Positions 55,333 through 64,000 of a DNA stretch of 64,000 nucleotides are shown in pieces. Below the pieces are notes generated by a model. That model saw nothing but the letters and a program-made list of their open reading frames with translations, was not told the DNA's origin and searched no databases. Location of the stretch: NCBI GenBank assembly GCA_038882975.1, contig JAVZNE010000006.1, positions 17,544-81,543 of the forward strand, given 5' to 3'. The position numbers and the translations under genes were made by a program. Positions within the stretch are counted from its first letter, which is position 1. The number at the start of each line of letters is the position of its first letter. This DNA comes from Candidatus Bathyarchaeia archaeon. Its GTDB lineage: Archaea > Thermoproteota > Bathyarchaeia > Bathyarchaeales > Bathycorpusculaceae.

Positions 55333-57711
55333 CTATAACTGCAGCTTCTGCCTTATGCTCTGGCGTTTTTCTTCCGCTAATGGTCCAAACTTTTTGATTC
55401 TGTCCGTGAACATTGTGAAGAGTTCAGCGGCTTTTTTGTAGACTGGTAATGGAACATAACTGTATCGGAGTCTCATTGTTTCTATTCCGAAAGCCGCAAG
55501 CTCTTTGCCCATTTCTATCATGCGTTTCTTGGTGAATTTCTCGTCTATTTCCTCGCTTCCCTCGATTACCAGCACGCCGTCCGCCCCAAATGCAAATGCC
55601 ATGAGTATGAGCTTCTTGCCAAGAATTGCCGTTGTTGGGACAGCCACGATGCGGACGTTTTCCGGATAGTTTGTGCGGTCAAGCCCCAAGAAGTCCATTC
55701 CAGTATAACCGACATTCTTGTCGACAAAGGCTATTATTCGGATTTCCTCTGGCGTTTTGTCGGCTAAAACCCCTCTTATGGTGGCTTTCATCTGCCTTGC
55801 TGTCGAGTTCTTGAAGTCAATGGCTTCTTGTGGACATATAGGAATGCACGCGCCGCAACCAATGCACTGGAAGGGGTCTATTTTCGCTTTGCCATCCTGC
55901 ATTGTTATTGCGTTTACTGGGCAGATTTTTATACATTCGCCGCATCCATTGCATAGTTCTGTGATGACGAAGGCTTTTTCAGGGCTTGTGGTTACGTATT
56001 CGCTTTTTAGGAATAAGGCTGCTCTTGCCGCTGCGCCCAGCGCGTCTGAAACGGTGTCTCTCACGTCTTTGGGGCTTAGGGCGCATCCACACACGAAGAT
56101 TCCTGTGACAAGCGAGTCCACTGGGTCGAGTTTTGGATGCTTCTCTGTTATGAAGCCATCCTCGCCTAGGGCTACCTTCATTTTTTCAGCCAGTTCCTTC
56201 AAGCCGTCCGGCGGAACCATTGGTGTTGCCAAAGCCACCATGTCAAATTCGTCCTCTCTAGTTTCGCCAGTAAGCGTGTCTTCGGCTTGGACAACGAGCT
56301 TTCCATTGTTGTTTTTCCATACTTCGGCAACTTTTCCTCTAATGAAGACTACCCCAGCTTCTTGGTCTCGCCAGTACAGGTCCTCATAGCCTTTCCCAGT
56401 AGCCCTAATGTCCGTATAGTATACTGTTACGTCTATCCCCAGCATTTTCTTGAGAACGAAGGCTTGTTTGAGGGCGTACATGCAGCATATTCGGCTGCAG
56501 TAGGGGATGTGGTTCTTGTCCCTTGAGCCAGCGCATAACACTATGGCGATTTTTCGGACATCACTTCCATCAGCCCTCTTAACATAGCCACTTGTGGGTC
56601 CAGTTGCGGACGTGAGCCTTTCTAAGTCCATCATTGTTATTACGTCCTTGTATATACCATAGCCATAATTTTCCAGTTTCCGCGCGTCGTAGAGCTTGTA
56701 GCCTGTTGCCAAAATTATGGCGCCGACATTCAGCTCAATAATCTTGCCAGTATCGTTCAAGTTTATGGCTTTTGCTGGGCAGTACTGTTCACATTTCCCA
56801 CATTTCGTGCACGCGTTGAAGTCTATAGCGTAGGCAGATGGGACGGCTTGTGGAAACTCTATGTAGGCTGCCTTCCGCTGAGACAAGCCCTCATTAAATT
56901 CGTCTGGAACCGTGACTGGACAAACTTTTGCGCATACACCACAACTTCTGCACTTTTCAATGTCAACGCCTCTGGGCTTCATGAAAATGCGAACCGAATA
57001 GTTGCCAGGACGTCCGCTAACATCTTGTACCTCCGCATATGTTAGCAAGTTTACATTGGGGTTTCTTCCAACCTCAGCCATTCTTGGCGTTAAAATGCAT
57101 TGGGCGCAGTCCAGTGTTGGGAAAACCTTTGTAAGTTTAGCCATGTTTCCGCCTATGCTAGGTTTCCGCTCAACAAGGTGAACTCTATAGCCCAAATATC
57201 CAAGCTGGAGGGCAGCCATTATACCGGCTATGCCGCCGCCAACTATGAGAATTTCCCGCGAGCCCTTTTCACTTATCACTTCTAGAGGCTCAAGCTCGAG
57301 GCTGCGCTCATAACCTCCCCTAATTAGGCTTATGGCTTTTCTCGTCGCCTCGGGGTTTGGTTTTGGTCCATGAACCCATGAGTCTTGCTCTCTTATATTC
57401 ACGAATTCGAGCATGTAGGGGTTTAGTCCAGCCCTTTCCAGCACGCTTTGGAATGTGGCGAGGTGCATTCTAGGCGTGCAGGAAGCCACCACAACCCTGT
57501 CAAGGTTCTCCTTTTTTATGGCTTCTGCTATCATTTCTTGGGCTGGCTTTGAGCACAAATACTTATGGTATTTGGCTACTGCGACGCCTTCCCAGTTTTT
57601 AATAGCGTCAACAACAGCCTTTACGTCAACAATGTCCCCAATGTTGCCGCCGCATTCGCATACAAAAATTCCTATGCGGGTTTTCATCGGCTCTTTCTTT
57701 TTCTCTGACAT
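55333..57711 (-). CDS. hdrA: Heterodisulfide reductase subunit A fused to a Cys-less MvhD-like domain
   Basis: [48 protein letters not shown], two ferredoxin pairs; C-terminal GADGV MvhD-like tail. Confidence 0.92.
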   Translation of the reverse strand: MSEKKKEPMKTRIGIFVCECGGNIGDIVDVKAVVDAIKNWEGVAVAKYHKYLCSKPAQEMIAEAIKKENLDRVVVASCTPRMHLATFQSVLERAGLNPYMLEFVNIREQDSWVHGPKPNPEATRKAISLIRGGYERSLELEPLEVISEKGSREILIVGGGIAGIMAALQLGYLGYRVHLVERKPSIGGNMAKLTKVFPTLDCAQCILTPRMAEVGRNPNVNLLTYAEVQDVSGRPGNYSVRIFMKPRGVDIEKCRSCGVCAKVCPVTVPDEFNEGLSQRKAAYIEFPQAVPSAYAIDFNACTKCGKCEQYCPAKAINLNDTGKIIELNVGAIILATGYKLYDARKLENYGYGIYKDVITMMDLERLTSATGPTSGYVKRADGSDVRKIAIVLCAGSRDKNHIPYCSRICCMYALKQAFVLKKMLGIDVTVYYTDIRATGKGYEDLYWRDQEAGVVFIRGKVAEVWKNNNGKLVVQAEDTLTGETREDEFDMVALATPMVPPDGLKELAEKMKVALGEDGFITEKHPKLDPVDSLVTGIFVCGCALSPKDVRDTVSDALGAAARAALFLKSEYVTTSPEKAFVITELCNGCGECIKICPVNAITMQDGKAKIDPFQCIGCGACIPICPQEAIDFKNSTARQMKATIRGVLADKTPEEIRIIAFVDKNVGYTGMDFLGLDRTNYPENVRIVAVPTTAILGKKLILMAFAFGADGVLVIEGSEEIDEKFTKKRMIEMGKELAAFGIETMRLRYSYVPLPVYKKAAELFTMFTDRIKKFGPLAEEKRQSIRQKLQL

Positions 57712-57807
57712 TGGCGAGCGTCTCCAAATGGCATGATTGTTTAAACCCTTAAAAGGGAAAATGCTTTTAAAATCTTACCCTTCAACTTTAAACAAAAGTG
57801 ACATAAA

Positions 57808-58917
57808 ATGAGCTCTCAAGAACTTGTTCAAAAGCACAAGCTTCTAGAGTGCATCCAATGCGGCATGTGCACCGGGAGCTGCCCAGTAGCAAAGAAGGCA
57901 AACCTAAACATTAGGCGTTACATGCGTGAAGTTTCAGCTTTGGGAAAGTTGGTGATACATCCTCCCAACGAGTTATGGAGCTGCACAACATGCTCCACCT
58001 GTGGCGTGCGATGTCCTAAGGACTTGAACCCCTACGAGTTCCTCATAGACATCAGGAGCATGGCTGTTGAGGAGGGACAAATAGCCCCAACAATAAGAGA
58101 CGCTCTAGAAAGCATATTCAAAAACGGTAATCCATGGGGAAGAATTCGGGGGAAACGTACGGAGTGGAGTCAAGGCTTAAATGTTAAGCACATTTCCCAA
58201 GGGGCTGAAATCCTATATTATGTTGGATGCACGCCAGCCTACGACCCGAGAGTGCAAAGTGTTGCAAAAAGCCTTGTGAAGTGTTTTGAGGCTGCTGGGC
58301 TTAATTTCGGAGTTTTGGGCGAGGAGGAAAATTGTTGTGGAAGCGAAGTCTACGGCATGGGTGAAAAGGGACTTTTCGATTTCTTGGTTGACGAAAACAT
58401 GAAAATTTTTGGCAAATATGACGTCAAACAATTGGTTACAAGCTGCCCCCATGGTTTTCACGCCTTCAAGAATCGGTACAATCAAACAAGCTTTGAACCC
58501 CAGCATCATACACAGCTTTTGGCAAAGCTTATTGAAACTGGGAAGCTGACACCGTCAAAAGAAATAGCCAAAAAAGTGATTTACCATGACCCATGCTATC
58601 TTGGCAAGCAAAACAACATTTACGATGAACCCCGCAAGGTCATTGAAAGCATAAGGGGCGTCACGCTTTTAGAGTTTGACCGTTCAAGGAGCAGAAGCCT
58701 ATGCTGCGAAGGGGGAGGCGGAAGAATGTGGGTTGACATTCCGGGACCTCGACTAGCTGAAATCCGCGTTAAAGAGGCTGTTGATGTCGGTGCGGAAATC
58801 TTGGCTGTGGCTTGTCCCTTTTGCATGCTCACAATGGAAGATGCTGTAAAAACAACTGGTAATGAGGGTAAAATCCAAGTTATGGACGTGGCAGAACTTT
58901 TAGCAATTGCCTTATAA
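57808..58917 (+). CDS. HdrD/GlpC-like Fe-S oxidoreductase (2x[4Fe-4S] + two CCG domains)
   Basis: CIQCGMCTGSCP, CTTCSTC..RCP, GC, CCG, SCPH, HDPCYL, CCEGGGG, ACPFC. Confidence 0.9.
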   Translation: MSSQELVQKHKLLECIQCGMCTGSCPVAKKANLNIRRYMREVSALGKLVIHPPNELWSCTTCSTCGVRCPKDLNPYEFLIDIRSMAVEEGQIAPTIRDALESIFKNGNPWGRIRGKRTEWSQGLNVKHISQGAEILYYVGCTPAYDPRVQSVAKSLVKCFEAAGLNFGVLGEEENCCGSEVYGMGEKGLFDFLVDENMKIFGKYDVKQLVTSCPHGFHAFKNRYNQTSFEPQHHTQLLAKLIETGKLTPSKEIAKKVIYHDPCYLGKQNNIYDEPRKVIESIRGVTLLEFDRSRSRSLCCEGGGGRMWVDIPGPRLAEIRVKEAVDVGAEILAVACPFCMLTMEDAVKTTGNEGKIQVMDVAELLAIAL

Positions 58918-58950
58918 AACGAATGTGTGCATATATTTTGAGGCTTATGA

Positions 58951-59091
58951 ATGGGGGAAGAAGAAACCTACCATTGTCTGCTTTGTGGCAGAGAAATCAC
59001 GAGAGAGGAGTATGAAACCTACGATGGGCTTTGCCCAGAATGCTATGAACTTGAAATTGCCGAGCTTGACATGGACCTTGAAGAAGATTAG
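58951..59091 (+). CDS. 46-aa acidic CxxC...CPxC zinc-finger microprotein (not in the ORF track)
   Basis: MGEEETYHCLLCGREITREEYETYDGLCPECYELEIAELDMDLEED*; ATATATT about 20 nt upstream; stop 3 nt before the trxB ORF. Confidence 0.75.
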   Translation: MGEEETYHCLLCGREITREEYETYDGLCPECYELEIAELDMDLEED

Positions 59092-59151
59092 CGGTTGAAC
59101 AAAACAATTAAAATGGCATTGCAGCCAAATACTTTGTTGAGGTTGCTTGAA

Positions 59152-60087
59152 GTGGAAGACTGGGAACTAATAATTGTTGGTGCTGGCGCCGCTGGCTTAA
59201 CGGCTGGAATTTACGCTGTTAGAAGCGGATTGAAAACGTTAATTTTGGAGGAGAAGATTGCTGGTGGAACAGCCGCCGACGCCCCAATAATCGAGAACTA
59301 TCCGGGTTTTGAGCGGATAAGCGGGCTTGAGCTTATGCAGAAAATTGTGGCGCAATGTAGAAGGCTTGGCACAGAAATCCACGAGTTTGAAAAGGTTACA
59401 AGCCTAAACTTGAGGGATGAGGAGAAACTCATTGAAACAGTTAAAGCCACCTATAGGAGTAAGGCTGTTATCATTGCTTCTGGCACAAGCTACACTGAGC
59501 TTGGTGTTCCGGGCGAAAAAGAGTTTCGCGGCAGAGGCGTAAGCTATTGTGGTATTTGTGATGGACCACTTTTTAAAGGTAAACTTGTTCTAGTGGTCGG
59601 CGGCGGCAACTCTGCTGTGGCTACAGCCCTCTATTTGGCTGATTTAGCCTCGGAAGTTAAGGTTGTGCATAGAAGAAATGCCTTTAGAGCTGAGGAGGCG
59701 CGTGTAAAAGCGCTTTTGGAAAAGCCTAATGTCGAGGTTTTCTGGAACACTGAGTTGAAGGAGATTAAGGGTGAAAAGCTCGTTAGCAAGGCTGTGCTTT
59801 TTAATGCGAAAACTGGTGCTGTCACGGAACTTCCAATCGACGGAATTTTTGTTCAGGTTGGTGAAAGGCCTAACAGCCAACTGGCTAAGGAAGCTGGAGT
59901 TGCTGTGGACGAGCATGGCTACATAATTGTTGATGCTCGCCAAAGAACAAACATTCCCGGGGTTTATGCAGCTGGCGATGTTACTAATCATCCGGTTAAG
60001 CAGATTGGAACTGCTGTTGGGCAGGGGATAACCGCCGCCTTGGAGGCTTATGGTTTTATTCGCAGACCTTACTATTTCAAGCAGTGA
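59152..60087 (+). CDS. trxB: Thioredoxin reductase
   Basis: GAGAAG, IENYPG, GVSYCGICDG, GGGNSA, HRR..FRA, AAGD. Confidence 0.93.
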   Translation: MEDWELIIVGAGAAGLTAGIYAVRSGLKTLILEEKIAGGTAADAPIIENYPGFERISGLELMQKIVAQCRRLGTEIHEFEKVTSLNLRDEEKLIETVKATYRSKAVIIASGTSYTELGVPGEKEFRGRGVSYCGICDGPLFKGKLVLVVGGGNSAVATALYLADLASEVKVVHRRNAFRAEEARVKALLEKPNVEVFWNTELKEIKGEKLVSKAVLFNAKTGAVTELPIDGIFVQVGERPNSQLAKEAGVAVDEHGYIIVDARQRTNIPGVYAAGDVTNHPVKQIGTAVGQGITAALEAYGFIRRPYYFKQ

Positions 60088-60193
60088 TGCGCCAATTTTG
60101 TTCCAAAAATATTATATTGTTCTATGGTCTTTCATTCAAAACTTCTAGCGCTGATGGCGTTTAGATAAGCAGCGGGTTTGGAGATATGGTGGA

Positions 60194-61402
60194 ATGGGCG
60201 GAGAACAAACTGTTGTTGTTTGCATAAACCAAGACTACTGTAGCCGCTGTTCCATATGCTATTCCATATGCCCCTATGAAGCCATTAAACGGGATGCTGA
60301 AACTGGCAAGGTGGAGATAGACATTCAGAAGTGCCAAGTTTGCGGCATATGCTACAGCGCATGTCCAGTTTTCGCCATAGAAATAGTCTACTACGACTAT
60401 GAAAGTTTGGTGGACTATGTGGAAAGCGAGCGGAAGAGAACAGAAACCGAAACGCTTGTGCTCATGTGTCGTGGAAACTCGCCTTCAACAAGGGAAGTTG
60501 AGGAGATTTTGGCTGAGCAGGGCTTAAGCTTAAAGGAGTACATACCACTTCGTTTGCCATGTTCCGGGCGGGTTCCAACAGAATTCATATTCAAGGTTTT
60601 GGGTTCCGGCATTAAAAATGTAGTTTCAATCCAGTGTGAGGATTTCTTCTGCCGCTTCAAAGAAGGCACAAAAATCAACACGAGGCGGCTTCTCATCGGA
60701 AGAAGGGTTCTTGAAGAGCTTGGCTTCAGCAGGGACGCTGTTCGAGTTGTTAAATATTCTCGGAAGGCTGTTTACGACACTACTAAGTGTGTCGGCTGCG
60801 ACAAATGTGTCTTCATATGCCCGTATGCTGCCATAGAGGCGGAGCCTTTCGCCACACCAAAAATCCTAAGTGACTATTGTATGGGTTGTGGCGCGTGTGC
60901 ATTGGTTTGCCCACATCATGCCATCCAAGTTAAGGGTTTTGAGTTTGAAAATGTTTTGAAGCGTTATAGTGATTCAGCCAATAAGCTGAAGGCTGAGGGT
61001 AAATCGCCAGTAATCCTCGTCTTCTGCTGCCAATGGTCTGAGTTTTCGGCTCTTGACAGTCCGGAGGGCATCTTTTTCAAGCGTAACAGCATTCCGCTTG
61101 AGGTTCCATGTTTTAAGGCTCTTGATCCAGTGCATGTTGTTAATGCTTTGAGGAACGGCTTTGACGGGGTTATGGCTGTTGTGTGTTCCGCCGACGATTG
61201 TAAACTTCAAGAGGGACGCGATGTAGCGGAGAGAAACGTGACTGTGCTGAGAGATGTTTTGAAGAAGATGGGCTTAATTGAGCGTTTTGAGCTTTATGAG
61301 GCTTCTCCGAGGGATGCTGGAAAATTTGAGGATAGGCTTGAAAATTTTGTGAGGAGGGTTGCGGCTTTACCGCAGATAAAACCTTTGAAAACGGAGGTTT
61401 AG
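60194..61402 (+). CDS. Tandem ferredoxin-MvhD-ferredoxin-MvhD fusion protein
   Basis: Four CxxCxxCxxxCP motifs; LPCSGRVP..C....C and FCCQW..VPC..DGVMAVVC...C MvhD/FlpD-like domains. Confidence 0.82.
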   Translation: MGGEQTVVVCINQDYCSRCSICYSICPYEAIKRDAETGKVEIDIQKCQVCGICYSACPVFAIEIVYYDYESLVDYVESERKRTETETLVLMCRGNSPSTREVEEILAEQGLSLKEYIPLRLPCSGRVPTEFIFKVLGSGIKNVVSIQCEDFFCRFKEGTKINTRRLLIGRRVLEELGFSRDAVRVVKYSRKAVYDTTKCVGCDKCVFICPYAAIEAEPFATPKILSDYCMGCGACALVCPHHAIQVKGFEFENVLKRYSDSANKLKAEGKSPVILVFCCQWSEFSALDSPEGIFFKRNSIPLEVPCFKALDPVHVVNALRNGFDGVMAVVCSADDCKLQEGRDVAERNVTVLRDVLKKMGLIERFELYEASPRDAGKFEDRLENFVRRVAALPQIKPLKTEV

Positions 61403-61406
61403 CCCT

Positions 61407-63642
<2,236 letters not shown>

Positions 63643-63677
63643 TCAAATTTAGGCTTCCGCCAAACCATAAATTGGAT

Positions 63678-63801
63678 ACCCTCTCTATACATTTTTTGGC
63701 TTGGAAAAAAGCCAATAGCAACCCTCCCTCTATAGATTTTAAATTGCGAAAATGGCTTCGAAAAACAGCCCAAAGTGACTACCCCCTCCCCTCTAGATTT
63801 T
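63678..63801. repeat. Three degenerate direct repeats ACCC(Y)nTCTAKA(G/C)ATTTT-like in an AT-rich intergenic region
   Basis: ACCCTCTCTATACATTTT (63678), ACCCTCCCTCTATAGATTTT (63721), ACCCCCTCCCCTCTAGATTTT (63781). Confidence 0.55.
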
Positions 63802-64000
63802 CTTACACTAAAGTTCTTTGTGCATCCCGTGTTAAGCTATAATGCTATTGCATAAAAATTTAATAAACCCGTAAATTTTTAGCCCAAAATAAACTTCAAT
63901 ACGCCGAAAATTTGCAAAAATTTTTAATTTTGAGCCAAATAAATTAAATTGTAGAGATGAAGCATTATGAGGATATTAGTTGTGCTTTTTCTGTTCATTA

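Noticed and set aside
55333-61402. Selenocysteine recoding in HdrA/MvhD
   Set aside because: Frames are open with no in-frame TGA at Cys positions; the missing Cys residues are ordinary substitutions.
63678-63801. CRISPR array
   Set aside because: Repeats are short, degenerate and irregularly spaced; no cas genes in the window.

Overview
Archaeal chromosomal segment, most consistent with Bathyarchaeia or a related TACK lineage. This is an inference from intron-containing tRNAs, a free-standing 5S rRNA, a crenarchaeal-type SSB, DUF1512, PEF-CTERM surface proteins and HdrA/MvhD/Nfn redox genes. Most of the window is housekeeping: asd, argS, deoC, map, trpS-pheS-pheT, tyrS, toprim, dnaG, polB, leuS and trxB. 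Also present are a thiolase/DUF35-HMG-CoA synthase pair, an S-layer/ABC export locus, three PEF-CTERM proteins, a small AT-rich accessory patch (toxin-antitoxin pair, peptidase pseudogene) beside tRNA-Trp, and an Hdr/Mvh/Nfn cluster. The best candidate for an undescribed system is a five-gene module between tRNA-Trp and 5S rRNA: two diverged Pol-beta-type nucleotidyltransferases, a metallophosphoesterase, an APC permease and a 2-TM protein. Other highlights: an unannotated two-hairpin H/ACA-like RNA, a 67-bp structured insertion with 12-bp direct repeats, a thiolase with all catalytic motifs eroded, a PolB with a dead proofreading site, a cysteine-less MvhD domain, a probable ACG start for dnaG, and a 46-aa zinc-finger ORF missing from the ORF track. 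No CRISPR array, integrase or transposase was seen. All family calls come from motif recognition by eye, not database searches.
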